A DNA stretch of 64,000 bases from Pecten maximus (taxonomy: Eukaryota): NCBI RefSeq assembly GCF_902652985.1, contig NC_047019.1, positions 24,304,001 to 24,368,000 on the forward strand, in the 5' to 3' direction. Of the stretch, positions 48,018-61,685 are shown one piece after another. The notes under the pieces were generated by a model. It was not told the DNA's origin, ran no database searches, and saw nothing but the letters and a program-made list of their open reading frames with translations. Both the position numbers and the translations under genes were made by a program. Each line of letters starts with the position of its first letter. Position 1 is the stretch's first letter.

Positions 48018-50096
48018 TACGATGGCCGATATCAGCCTGGCAAAAAACAGTTACTAAAAGAGAAATGTGTACACCACCAACATGATGTTGGCAAAAAACT
48101 GTTACTAAAATGGAAATTTGTCACCAATATGATTTTTGTCATTGACAAAAAACTGTTACTAAAAGAGAAATTTGCCCAAACACTGTTTTCTGTCAATGAC
48201 AAACAAGAGGCCCAATGGGCCTGTATCGCTCACCTGGCTCTACAGCAACTTTGAAGTTGATTGAGGTCATTTCTAAAGATACTATGCTGATAACCTCTTT
48301 ATTCAAATATCATAGTAAGATAGGTATATTCACATTAATAAATGTTCTAGTCCTTCATTCCAGCATTCTATCAGCCTAATATCAGTCTCGGAGGCTCTCG
48401 GCTAGCGCAAAATTATTGTTTACAGATTTAAGCCAATTTCACCCTTGTGACCTTAAATGTAGGTCAACGGCATTTATTTGAACAAACTTTGTAGCCCTTC
48501 AACCCAGCATGCTACAGGCCAAATCAAGTCCCTGGGCCTCTTGGTTATTGAGAAGAAGTCGTTTGTAGATTATAACCTATTTGACCCATGTGACCTTGAA
48601 TGAAGGTCAAGGTCATTTATTTGAACAAACTTTGTAGCCCTTCACGCCAGCATGCTACAGGCCCAATATGAAGTCCCTGGGCCTCTTGGTTATTGAGAAG
48701 AAGTCATTTGAAGATTATAGCCTAATTGACCCATGTGACCTTGAATGAAGGTCAAGGTCATTTATTTGAACAAACTTTGTAGCCCTTCACCCCAGCATGC
48801 TACAGGCCCAATATCAAGTCCCTGGGCCTTTTGGTTATTGAGAAGAAGTCGTTTGAAGATTATAGCCTATTTGACCCAAGTGACCTTGAATGAAGGTCAA
48901 AGTCATTTATTTGAACAAACTTTGTAGCCCTTTATCCCAGCATGCTACAGGCCCAATATTAAGTCCCTGGGCCTCTTGGTTATTAAGAAGAAGTTGTTTG
49001 AATGAAAAAGTTGACGCCGGACGGTCAGACAGACGGACGGACGAGCGGACGGACGGACGGACGGAGGGACGGACGGAGGACGGACGCCGCATAAGCTCAC
49101 TTGCCCTTCGGGCAGGTGAGCTAAAAACTGTTACTAAAAGAGAAATTTGACCAAACATTGTTTTTGTCACTGACAAAAAACTGTTACTAAAAGAGAAAAT
49201 TTGACCGAACATTGTTTTTGTCACTGACAATTATTTTTGTCAGGTGAATTAAAAAAAAAAATACTTTGATCTTAAATATCTAACAAGACGCAGATGTCGA
49301 TTGGGGTTACATTGTAATTTGGCTGGGGTGGACCAGAATGTGATTCTTCATCTTTAATTGAAGATATGTTTAGATTATACATTTTGCTTGATATTTTCCC
49401 AAACAAATATAGCATAATGTACTAAGTATCAGTTACTCCTATTCCCATGTATGACTCATGTATGTATTTCCTTATTTTTTGGGTACGAATTCCACACATA
49501 TGTAAGGATTAACACTGGGGCTCGTTGACGATAGATTATACAATTTTTTTTTATATAATGTAAGGTTATTCTATCCTCCACAATCGGTCTCTATATGTAT
49601 ATTTTATTCTTATCACCTGAATTTGGAATAAAATTATTAATTGCGACTTCGAATTCCATCCGAATTACAAATGTATGTAAAATATGTGTAAAGCCTAGGC
49701 CACAGGAATTTGCCGCTAGTGTATTCTTGCCTGGTTAAAATTAATTGGTACAGTCAATGTTCCTGATAAGACCAACATACACAAATATACACCTCTTAGT
49801 GATGTCACTGATAGAACAATGTTTGGGAAAGTATCTCTTTTAGTGACATTTTTTTGTTATTGACAGAAAACAATGTTTGGGCAAATTTCTCTTTTAGTAA
49901 CAGTTTTTTTGTCATTGACAGAAAACAATGTTTGGGCAAATTTCTCTTTTAGTAACAGTTTTTTTGTCATTGACAGAAAACAATGTTTGGGCAAATTTCT
50001 CTTTTAGTTACAGTTTTTGTCACTGACAAAAATCATGTTGGTGACAAATTTCCATTTTAGTAACACTTTTTTGCCAGGCTGATATCGGTCATCGTA
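48018..50096. mobile_element. Foldback-like non-autonomous DNA transposon with TIRs, subterminal ~55-bp repeats and 6-bp flanking duplication
   Basis: Left tacgatggccgatatcagcctggcaaaaaa; right ttttttgccaggctgatatcggtcatcgta. GAAAAT at 48012-48017 and 50097-50102. Repeats in the left arm are inverted in the right arm. Confidence 0.85.
48203..49124 (-). mobile_element. Complete non-autonomous Helentron (HINE) nested in the TIR element
   Basis: Subterminal IRs gctcacct/aggtgagc, hairpin tgcccttcgggca, (GGAC)n microsatellite, core repeats at 143/145/145-bp spacing, stem-loop aggcccaatgggcct. Inserted in an A-run without TSD. Confidence 0.9.
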
Positions 50097-50829
50097 GAAA
50101 ATACATTTATGTACAAATATCATGCACTTATGCATGACCTTGCACTACAGCAAGCCATCTGAATGTATTTGAACACTGATTTGATACTGTGTATATCAAA
50201 ACTGAGTTAATCAGCCCGCAAAACCATAAAACTGTAAACTTATTCTTGGTAGATTAAACCCCTGTGACAGACGTTATACATAGTATAGCGCATTTAAGGA
50301 ACCACCTTGATAGTGGTGGAAACCACATACTGAGATTCAATTTAAAATACGAATCAGATTTCAAATTCACAACAAAGACAAATTGAAATAGAAGAAAACT
50401 ATATTTTTTATAAACTGGTGACTCACTAGACTCAGGTTTCTGTATTTTAGAATTGTACCTGTACATTGCAGCTAAATGGCACACACTGCACATTAATTTG
50501 TAGCACTTTAAAGATAGATTATTGTGAAGTAAGTTCATTAAAAACGTATAAGAGAACAAAATGGAATCGGAATTCATGATATGCAGCAATATTGATCTGA
50601 ATAACCAAAACATGTATTCTCACAATACAATGTTGCCTACTGTACTGATCTCTTATTACATTGTACCAGACCAAAAATATGTTGTTTTTGCCCTGAACAT
50701 TTGAAACAAACGATAAAAAAATGCAATATAAACCAAGAAGATTACACTGGTAAAATAGAATGATTTCAAAATTATTAATATGAAGATTATAACAATAAGA
50801 AAAAATTGTCACAAAAATATGGTCGCAAA

Positions 50830-51800
50830 AATAGATCTGTCTGGGTAACAACAGACAATAGATCTGTCTGGGTAACAAAAAACAATAGATCTGTTTGGGT
50901 AACAACAGACAATAGATCTGTCTGGGTAACAACAGACAATAGATCTGTGTCAGGGTAACAACAGACAATAGATCTGTGTCAGGGTAACAACAGACAATAG
51001 ATCTGTTTCAGGGTAACAACAGACAATAGATCTGTCTGGGTAACAAAAAACAATAGATCTGTGTCAGGGTAACAACAGACAATAGATCTGTGTCAGGGTA
51101 ACAACAGACAATAGATCTGTGTCAGGGTAACAACAGACAACAGATCTGTGTCAGGGTAACAACAGACAATAGATCTGTGTCAGGGTAACAACAGACAATA
51201 GATCTGTGTCAGGGTAACAACAGACAATAGATCTGTTTCAGGGTAACAACAGACAATAGATCTGTCTGGGTAACAACAGACAATAGATCTGTGTCAGGGT
51301 AACAACAGACAATAGATCTGTCAGGGTAACAACAGACAATAGATCTGTGTCAGGGTAACAACAGACAATAGATCTGTGTCAGGGTAACAACAGACAATAG
51401 ATCTGTCTGGGTAACAACAGACAATAGATCTGTGTCAGGGTAACAACAGACAATAGATCTGTGACAGGGTAACAACAGACAATAGATCTGTGTCAGGGTA
51501 ACAACAGACAATAGTTCTGTGTCAGGGTAACAACAGACAATAGATCTGTGTCAGGGTAACAACAGACAATAGATCTGTGACAGGGTAACAACAGACAATA
51601 GATCTGTGTCAGGGTAACAACAGACAATAGTTCTGTCTGTCAGGGTAACAACAGACAATAGATCTGTTTCAGGGTAACAACAGACAATAGATCTGTTTCA
51701 GGGTAACAACAGACAATAGATCTGTCTGGGTAACATCAGACAATAGATCTGCTTCAGGGTAACAACAGACAATAGATCTGTGTCAGGGTAACAACAGACA
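50830..51800. repeat. 27-29 bp minisatellite
   Basis: About 34 copies of aatagatctgtgtcagggtaacaacagac. Confidence 0.95.
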
Positions 51801-53661
51801 TTTCTTATTCTATTTCCTAGTATATATACAGTGTTTGACTAGAACATAAGGTTATATACAGAAGTCTTATACCCTCAGCTATTTTCAACATTATATTTCC
51901 AATTATGTAATGAAACTACTATAACCACACTATATATCGTATTGGGACAGAATAACACATTACAGAAATCCAAATCTTCATACTTGAATAAAAATAAAGT
52001 CTCCCTGGATATTGACAGTTTAATAATACTGGGCTGAAACTGACTGATTTATAGAATCAAGAAGATGATTGTTTCAGTAATAAAATCTCTGGGTGACATT
52101 TAAAACTGTCACATAAATGAAGGCAGCAGGATGATGTATAGGAAAAAGGCTGACACACCACCTTTAAACCAAGAGTGTTACTTTTTATCTCCCAACAAGA
52201 ACATTCTACATTCTGGTATCAGCAATTTTTTTTATAACACTTTGTACGGTTCTTACCATATACACTAGCTAATGTACATGTACGTATATATCACAAAATC
52301 GTATCTAGGCTTAGGTTTGAAAGAAAAAGTAAGAGTTGCAATCATTTTGTGATAAACACTGACAACATTGTGGAAAACCCTGTTGTTACATCTAGTTTCA
52401 TGAATATGAATACTGTCCATTAATCTCAATGATGCAAGCTTAATTCATACACAACAATGTATTGCCAAAAGTTAGAAAATCTTGCTAAAAAATTGTAGTA
52501 ATCTTTGTATTCATTGATATCTATTAAAGGCCCAATATTTTATTATGTTAATAATGATTGCATTTTTCGATGTGAATTTTACTCATTCATATTTCACATC
52601 AAAACAACAAAATAGCTCACCAAAGCCTGTATGCTAACAAGTCTTGATGAACTAGTTATACATGGTGTACTTCCGATTCAGCTCGTTTCCTGTTTAGCAT
52701 ATCAATAATCTTTTAGAATAAATTATCAGTAACAAATATCTTTACTCAGTTTTAACTACTTATTCAAGTTAACATCTTTAGTTTTAAAACTTAAAAAACT
52801 TCAAATTCATACAAAAATATCAATTAAGAGTGAAAATATAAGGCAACATTTCTATATTTCTCGCATCAAACTAACCAGACCTGGGGAACTATGGAAGTCC
52901 TACAATCTCTAGTTTTTAATGAAGGAACACCTACAACACTTTCTCCTGATATTGATCTCCATTCCTGTTAACTGAATAGCATTCTGTCCTCCTCTGTTAC
53001 TTGTGATACATGGCCGACCTTTAACCTAACACTGTAATTTTAGGAATCTGTGTATATTAGACATTATAGCTACTGTTATGTAGAAGTCAGATGCAGATAA
53101 AAAAATTGTTTCATTTATTTTCCATACATAGTGATACTGCAACTATAGTGCATATTTATTCACGTACAGTACAGAATTTGAACAAATAATTTATCACAGC
53201 GATGAATTGGCGCCTAAGTAACAATTGTCATAGAAAACAATCATCTTTTCTGTACTTTTTTTTATTGTTGCTCTTTTCTTCTTATTCAAATAATTTGAAA
53301 ACAAAAGGAACTTATAGGCCTATATCAAATCTAAGAAAGATCATTAAAGAACTTTCTGAGACATAGCAATAACGAACTTCAACAGCAAATGAAACGGAAA
53401 CCTATACAAATATGAAATTTGAAATGCTATCATACTAATTCATGATAAACAGAATCGGCACAACAAGGGGAAGAATTACCTACACATCAAGTTTGAAAAA
53501 TTCCCTTCCTTTACTTCCCAAGAAATATAATGATTACAAACTTCAGCTGTCAAAAACCAAGATAGCTGCCTGTCAGCCATTTTATTTTCCTGATCATAAA
53601 GGTCCAAAATTGAGTGGTGACACAACAAAGTACCCAGGGGAACTTACATATGAAGTATTTA

Positions 53662-54622
53662 ATAAGGGAAATATCAGTGTTCCTCCATGAGGACAGACTG
53701 AGGTAAGGGAAATATTAGTGTTCCTCCATGAGGACAGACTGAGGTGAGGGAAATATTAGTGTTCCTCCATGAGGACAGACTGGGGTAAGGGAAATATTAG
53801 TGTTCCTCCACAAGGACAGACTGGGGTAAGGGAAATATAGTGTTCCTCCATGAGGACAGACTGAGGTGAGGGAAATATTAGTGTTCCTCCATGAGGACAG
53901 ACTGAGGTGAGGGAAATATTAGTGTTCCTCCATGAGGACAGACTGAGGTGAGGGAAATATTAGTGTTCCTCCATGAGGATGGACTGAAGTAAGGAAATAT
54001 TAGTGTTCCTCCATGAGGACAGACTGAGGTGAGGGAAATATTAGTGTTCCTCCATAAGGACGGACTGAGGTGAGGGAAATATTAGTGTTCCTCCATGAGG
54101 ACAGACTGAGGTGAGGGAAATATTAGTGTTCCTCCATGAGGATGGACTGAAGTAAGGAAATATTAGTGTTCCTCCATGAGGACAGACTGAGGTGAGGGAA
54201 ATATTAGTGTTCCTCCATGAGGACAGACTGAGGTGAGGGAAATATCAGTGTTCCTCCATGAGGACAGACTGAGGTAAGGGAATATTAGTGTTCCTCCATG
54301 AGGACAGACTGAGGTAAGGGAAATATTAGTGTTCCTCCATGAGGACAGACTGACGTAAGTTCCTCCATGGACAGACTGAGGTGAGGGAAATATTAGTGTT
54401 CCTCCATGAGGACAGAGCGAGGTAAGGGAATATTAGTGTTCCTCCATAAGGACAGACTGAGGTGAGGGAAATACAAGTGTTCCTCCATGAGGACAGACTG
54501 AGGTAAGGGAATATTAGTGTTCCTCCATGAGGACAGACTGAGGTGAGGGAAATATTAGTGTTCCTCCATGAGGACAGACTGAGGTGAGGGAAATATTAGT
54601 GTTCCTCCATGAGGACAGACTG
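53662..54622. repeat. ~41-bp minisatellite
   Basis: About 23 copies of gggaaatattagtgttcctccatgaggacagactgaggt[a/g]a. Confidence 0.95.
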
Positions 54623-54738
54623 ACAGACAACAGAAAATGGGGCAATGAGATGTAAATGAATAGCCTACACCATCTATCAGGGCGGTGGGCTAAAAACCAG
54701 CAACTGATAAAGAAGAGTTCAATTAATTAAGCTTAATT

Positions 54739-54817
54739 TGAGAACTGGTAAAAGAATTTGAGAACTGATAAAAGAATTTGAGAACTGGTAAAAGAATTTG
54801 AGAACTGGTAAAAGAAT
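54739..54817. repeat. 20-bp tandem repeat x4
   Basis: gagaactggtaaaagaattt. Confidence 0.85.
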
Positions 54818-55368
54818 ACATATCTAATTAAGATATCATTAACATTGTGGCAATAGGTTAATTGTTGATGTCATGAAATGTATATGAACTGAAACAAGAA
54901 TGATGTGCTGAAGTAGTGGTAATGGGCCATCTCCTGTGTGGCCTGGTTTTAATCACATACATTGATTTACACACTGTACAGTGACAGATAATTCAGAGTC
55001 AATATTTTTGTTGGTTATCCAGAAATTGTGATTTTGGTTAACCAAATAATAGGATATAACTAGATTTCTGTATTAAAGAAAACAGGAATTATTACTTTAA
55101 ATGGTAATAAAAAACACAGTACATTACCCGATAACACCTCATATTGATTGGATAATCACAAAAGGGAGTGACAGCCCAGAGCCTGCACAATTGCACAGTA
55201 TAAAGTTGGCATGGGTGCAGCATTATCTCAGCTTCAGTTCACAATCTCCAACAGCTATGAAGTACATGTGTATATATACTAAATCAAATATTGCATTCTG
55301 CTCAGGCACTTTATGGTAATGTCTTTGGAAGAAAATATTTTCATGATTTTTTTAAAGAAAACAATTTT

Positions 55369-56293
55369 AAGAGGCCCAGGGGCCTTAACGGTCACCTTAG
55401 TTTCCGATATATATATATACCTGATATTTCTGTAAATTTGACCATGTTTTACCCCACCAATCAGCCCCTGGCAGTCAGTTGTAGCCAATAATCTCATTCC
55501 AGCAAACTGCCTTCCAAAACTGCTAATTCCAATAGAAATGAAACAAACGATATTCAAAAATGTGATTTCCTAATATAGAAACTATTGTAAAGTTTTTCTC
55601 TTTCCCAGGGGCAAGCATGAGACTCCAATGATGAATGTAATGAAATTCACAACTCTGGTATAGCACCTTAAGACCCTTCCATCTAGTATGAAGAGTATTT
55701 AATTCTACCTTATTTGGGTTGCGAGAAGATCTATTTCAAAAGTTCAGTTAATATGACCCTTTTTGGCCCCACCCATCAGCCCTTAAGGGTCAGTCAGGGC
55801 CAACATGTGCATACCTGATGTTGACCAAGTTAGAAGGAATTCCAATAGAAATGAAACAAATGATAATAAAAATGTAATTTCCATATATATATTTAGTTAA
55901 GTTTAATAAAAATGTAATTTCCATATATATATTTAGTTAAGTTTAACCCCTTCCCCAGGGGCAAACATGAGACCCCAGGGTCATGAAATTCACAATTTTG
56001 ACCTTTCTATCTGTAAAGAGAATTTGATTCTATCATATCAGGAAGTTGCAGAAGATATTTTAAATCTTAGTCAATTTGACCCATTTTGGCCCCCTGTCCC
56101 TAAGGTCCCCTAAGGGGTGGGGACCATATTCGAAATTTTGGTTGACCTTTACCCATAGAAGCTTCCTGCCATATTTCGAATTTGGTTCAGCGCTTTTGCA
56201 GAAGAAGTCGAAGATGTAAATTATAATATTTATGATGGACAACGGACAACGCCGGACAAAAGGCAATCGCAATAGGTCAACAAGTGACCTAAA
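55369..56293 (-). mobile_element. Helentron-type non-autonomous element (distinct family)
   Basis: aagaggcccaggggcctt stem-loop, subterminal ggtcac / gtgacctaaaaa, ggacaac repeats, and duplicated internal blocks. Confidence 0.75.
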
Positions 56294-57866
56294 AAATTCC
56301 ACATTGTTAAAATATGGACAGTGATGTTTTTTTTTTATAGAGCTGGCCATTAGCCCCTAAGTCTTTTTACAATGAATTGCTCAGCTGAATTCTAAAACTA
56401 GATTATCTCCCCCTTGTTTAAAACTTAGAATCGGTCATAATTAACCCTAGAAATCATACAGCTAAATTTTATTTATAATATTAATATTCAGGACAGGGGG
56501 CCAATCTACTGCTTTTATTAACTTGAAACAGTATGTCAATTATTGTCATACTTCAATGTCAGGTTAATGTAAAATATCTCAAAAAAAATAATCTTACACA
56601 TTATGTAAGCATATGTAATAGCTTGAGTAAATAGAAATATCATATCCATGCTACACTGGAATGTAACTACACTGTAATAATTAATCCCAGTGGTTCTATT
56701 TCGCTCAATCTGATATATAAGGCCTTCCTCATTATTATCCCCTTTACCTTTCATTTGGACACCAAATCAACAAATTCTTGCCCATGACGGAGCTCATGCA
56801 ACCTTGGAACCTTTCACGCTCTAAATTGAAGTGAATGTAATATCACTATAGGCCAACAAGAAGTTCCAACCAGATCAAGATAATATTATTACACTATCAA
56901 TGAGGAAAATGCATGGATTTATGTGCATTAAGCTCACGTGCAGAGCTAATGACCGAGATTCTCACTTTGTTCACATCTGGAATTCAGATTTAAGAAATCA
57001 ACAGGTTTCTGTAATAATGCGTCTAGCCATTGTCATTAACAATCTTTGTTATGCCAGTCATAATGAAATGGGGTTTAAGAAGGTGACAAATATTTCTTCC
57101 TCGTTTATTTCCGCAGACAATACATCGAGTATAATAACATCACGGTGAGAGACCCCTGATAGATTTGTCGGCATCAATGTATTTAAGTCAGCACTCTGTC
57201 AATTTCCCATTATCTATATCTCGCTGTATAGTCACAATATCAGTGCTCTACTGAAACGGTTTCCTGTCAGGCTATGGTAGGGACAGACCGATATCTAGTG
57301 GTGATCTGGGGTCTCCTGCAATAAATCACTGGTTATTATTGGTGAGGGCTAGCTGGTGTTATAGCTTTAGTTATATAATGAAAGGTTTTAAGAAAGAATA
57401 TTGGAATATTTTGACTTTGAACTAAACAAATTGCCATAATTGCATAGCAATTTATGTTCACCAGGACCATTTCTCAGATAAATTGTCTTAAAATGTTTTT
57501 ACCCTGTTTTATTATTTTGGAAATACAACTCAAAGTCTCAGGAGATTTTAAGGCATTGGTAGATACAGTCAAGTTCTTGCAACTCAATAACAAATGATTA
57601 CATACAAGACATTATGGCGTGCTTAAAAGTTCACAAATCTAAAAGGAGGCAAGAAAAGTGAAATACAATCTCTGCAGAATATATATAAAGACAAGGAAAT
57701 AGAATAAAAGATGATTGGTAACTGGGAGCTTGAAATATGCTCACAAATAAGTTGAAATATTTCGCTAGATTTTGTAACGAAAACATTCTGAAGCATGCAT
57801 TTTTAACAAATTTTAACAAATTAATGTACAGAGTAGGAGTTTGTAGAATAACTAAGCTGTTTCTTA

Positions 57867-58100
57867 TTTTATTATGTTTAGGTTTTATTTTGTTTATAAA
57901 CCTCCTATTAACATCCAGGGTCATTTAAGGACTTACCAGGTTTTGGAGGTGGTGGAAAGCCGGAGTAACTGGAGAAAAACCACTGGCCTATGGTCAGTAC
58001 CAGGCAATTGCCCCACATGGGTTTCAAACTTGTGACCCAGAGGTGGAGGGCTGAGTGATTAAGTGTTGGGACACCTAACCACTTGGGCACTGCAGCCCCC
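57867..58100 (-). mobile_element. Full-length tRNA-derived SINE (same family as 29005)
   Basis: Reverse-complement match to the 29005 copy. Possible TSD ctgtttctta at 57857-57866 and 58106-58115. Confidence 0.88.
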
Positions 58101-58197
58101 TGCTTCTGTTTCTTAAAAATCTATAGGAATTGTTATGTTTAAAGTATAAGGAGCAGAAATGTAATAAAAAATAACAAGTAAATTAGTAAATTGCAGT

Positions 58198-58548
58198 TGC
58201 TATATAATGAAGATCGATCTAAAACCCTATATACAGAAGGTCAATCTAAAATGCTATATACTGAAGATCGATCTAAAACCCTATATACTGAAGGTCAATC
58301 TAAAATGCTATATACTGAAGATCGATCTAAAACCCTATATACTGAAGGTCAATCTAAAATGCTATATACTGAAGATCGATCTAAAACCCTATATACTGAA
58401 GGTCAATCTAAAATGCTATATACTGAAGATCGATCTAAAACCCTATATACTGAAGGTCAATCTAAAATGCTATATACTGAAGATCGATCTAAAACCCTAT
58501 ATACTGAAGATCGATCTAAAATGCTATATACTGAAGATCGATCTAAAA
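58198..58548. repeat. 27-bp monomer organised as a 54-bp dimer
   Basis: Alternating ctatatactgaagatcgatctaaaacc / ctatatactgaaggtcaatctaaaatg. Confidence 0.93.
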
Positions 58549-60734
58549 GTCAATGCAAAGTTTCAAAATTTCATTAATTGTTTGGCTAATCAGAAACAAA
58601 GAAATGCTTTTTAAATGGTAATTGCTTTAACAAATGTGATGACAAAATAGTCTTCAATTCTCCCAAGTGAAACTGAGAATTTTATATACAGACAGACCTT
58701 GGGAAAGGACATCTGTATATTCAACTATATCAATATTTGAGATAGGATTTTTTATGTCTACTTTCGTTTCCATTGTTTCACTTCCAGTTGTGTGCGGTGA
58801 GGGAACTAAGTATTTTGTAACTTTTGGTTTATCAGTAGATTGGTACTTTTGTGCTGGGATCGCGAGTTGTCAGCAAGAGAAGAACAAAATTAGAAAATTT
58901 GCAAAAACGTTTACCCCCAGCATGCACTACACTTTTCTATTCGGAACTCCCCAGAAGACGGAGCGCATTAACACGATCACACTTCCGTGTGGTTGCAATC
59001 TCCCCTGGGGGAAGACAAGTCAGAGTATTCGGTCCAATCATTTTGTTTCTCGGTTTGATTTCTAACTTATATTGAATAAATTTTTGAATAAGCGTTAGTT
59101 TCAATTTTCTAGCAGTCCAGCACAGACGTACCAGCATATATAGCTGTCACATTCGCTTTTTGCTCCCTCCCGCCCAACCCAATATATATATATATTTCTT
59201 TCATAGTTATAGTCATTTAGTTTAGTTCAGACCAAGGTTTAAACAGGAGAATATTACTATACTAGTGGTTTATTACTACCTGTCATTTTTAACTCTAATT
59301 GCATAGCTTCGGCTCATTAATAACATTTTATATATAGCTTTATGCAATTATGCATAATAATCAGTGTTGTTAATATGAAGCCTCTTACGTAATGTTACGT
59401 AGCATTACATATGCTGAAGTAATAAACCTCGGTTCTTCACCCAAACTTGATTGTTTATGTTGTTTATATTATGAATACCAAGGTCACGTAGAGACAACGC
59501 ATCATAGATGCGTTGCTCCATGCATTCGAGACGAATAATGTTTTAATCTGCAAGTAAACTCTGAGATGTAATGGAATCTGATATAATTTGAAGTGAATGA
59601 AGCTTCCAGCAAGCAACTCCCAGAGGATGGTTTACCAGAAATGCTTGCATCAGTTACTTTCTTATAGATATATGAGAGTACTGATTACGACATTATTATC
59701 TGTGTATTAATGCCCTCCAATCCTTTAATCTGACAATTCTTCAATGTGACACAATATGGGATGAACAAATGTACATGATTTTAGCTTTAAGATTGCAACA
59801 AATGTACCAAATTTACATATATAATGTTTTCTGCAAATCAATTTCCTTATCATAATCCTACAGGTTTAACTCTGCATACCGGAAACTTTATCTAAACCAG
59901 AATGCTGTAAGAATTAAATATTATAGGTTGTGATATCAAATTACTCGAAATCATTGCCTCAAATAGATCTGAAAACATTAATCAGCTCTTATTTTGGAGG
60001 TAAATGTGTTCTGCTAATTATCATTGCTCCAATTTAAGTTTCTTTTTTATTTTAACATATAATACTCTTGATGCTGTAACTCATCAATACTGATTTATCT
60101 AAACAACTGGAGTTCACATGTTGAGCAATTTGCAAGTAACATTTCTGGTTTAGAAACGGGAAGAAATATGGGGACATTATCATAAATACTCTTGAAAACA
60201 TATGAAACAGATATATTTGTAAAATCATTCTGTCTGTAGACTCATCAATATTTTATTGTCTTTGTTCATGTTACAGATGTATATATATATACTGTCTTAT
60301 AAAATATATTGTGACCAATAATTTCAAGGACATGTGGCCAGCATGTAGTCACTGGTATATTTTTCACAGTACCAATAATGTTTCTTCTTTTGGGTCCATT
60401 TTTATATTTTGTCTTAAAAAACAAAGCGTTTTTACCTCTCATTCTTTATAATATTGCAAACACTTTATCATACAACATTTATTGATTTGGTGATGTTGAA
60501 TAATGTGATGTTAAAATGTAAATTTTGTACCAATGTTTGATATCTGGAGACATTAATCCTCATTTTCCCCAGATATTTCCTCAAAAGATTGCTATTAAGG
60601 TATGTTGTCATGATCGAGTAACAAAAAAGTTGTCAAATGCCAGTTTATATGTACATGTGTACTAACATGCCTTAAATCAAGATTTTTGGCTCTGTGCTCT
60701 TGGAATGATTCCTCTAATAACATCTGTAAAAACA

Positions 60735-61154
60735 ATGGCCATGACTTATATTTAAGGTCATAGGGGTCAAATTTGTTTAAACAACTTCTCAAAAAACAAA
60801 CAGCTGGAATCATGTTATTTGGCTAGTATAAGGTTCCTGGGATGCATTTCAACAAAGTTTACGAAAAGAAATGATCTTGAATGATATTCAAGGTCAACTG
60901 ACCAAGGGATTCAATACTTCAAAATGACTTCTAATTAACTTAAAATGTTTTAAACCAATATATTTGGTTGGTAGGCTCCTAAGATGAGGAATGGCAATTA
61001 ATGTTTGTAAAAAAGAATATGTCCTTGAAATTTAATTCAAGGATATGTCCTTGAAATTTAATTCAAGGTTATCAGTGTCAAATTGGTTAAAGACAGAATA
61101 TCATCGAAGAAGTGAATACCAGGTAAGGGATGCAGGCCGAATGGGCCTCTTGTT
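60735..61154 (+). mobile_element. Degenerate Helentron-type 3' fragment
   Basis: Diverged core repeats (aaggtca.aggggtcaa, tttggctagta) ending aggccgaatgggcctcttgttt. Confidence 0.6.
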
Positions 61155-61685
61155 TATAGTTTACACCCTAGTAACTTATGCAGTGCTCAAGGAAATAATA
61201 TAAAAACCAATATAAAAATCTACATGTTGATAGTTAAATTTAGCGATGTACTTTTGATGCATTGTTTGGAACGCAATAAAATGTTTGTCAACTAGGGCAA
61301 ATACATTCACCATCAACAGGTGACAAATCTTTTTTAGTCATCAACACAATGCTCATTATTTACAAGTGAAGTTTATTGCTATGTTGAAATATAATTGTAG
61401 GGCAGTATTGTAATGAGAGCTGTGCGAGTTAAATACATTGATCTCCTCTTTCTGTTTGGATAAACATTCATTGCTGAGGCTCCATGACATAATAAAGCAG
61501 TTGTGGATAATTTGTATACATTTCCTCAGGTGTTCACACGTTGTGAGCATTCAGAATAATTGTATAAGTATCAAATTTCCATTCTTTTACAGTTGACATT
61601 ATATTCTAACTGAATTCAGACAAATACACATTTCCTAAAAGATCCTGTTGTGGTTTTGGTGACAGTCACGTAATGACACTTTTTA

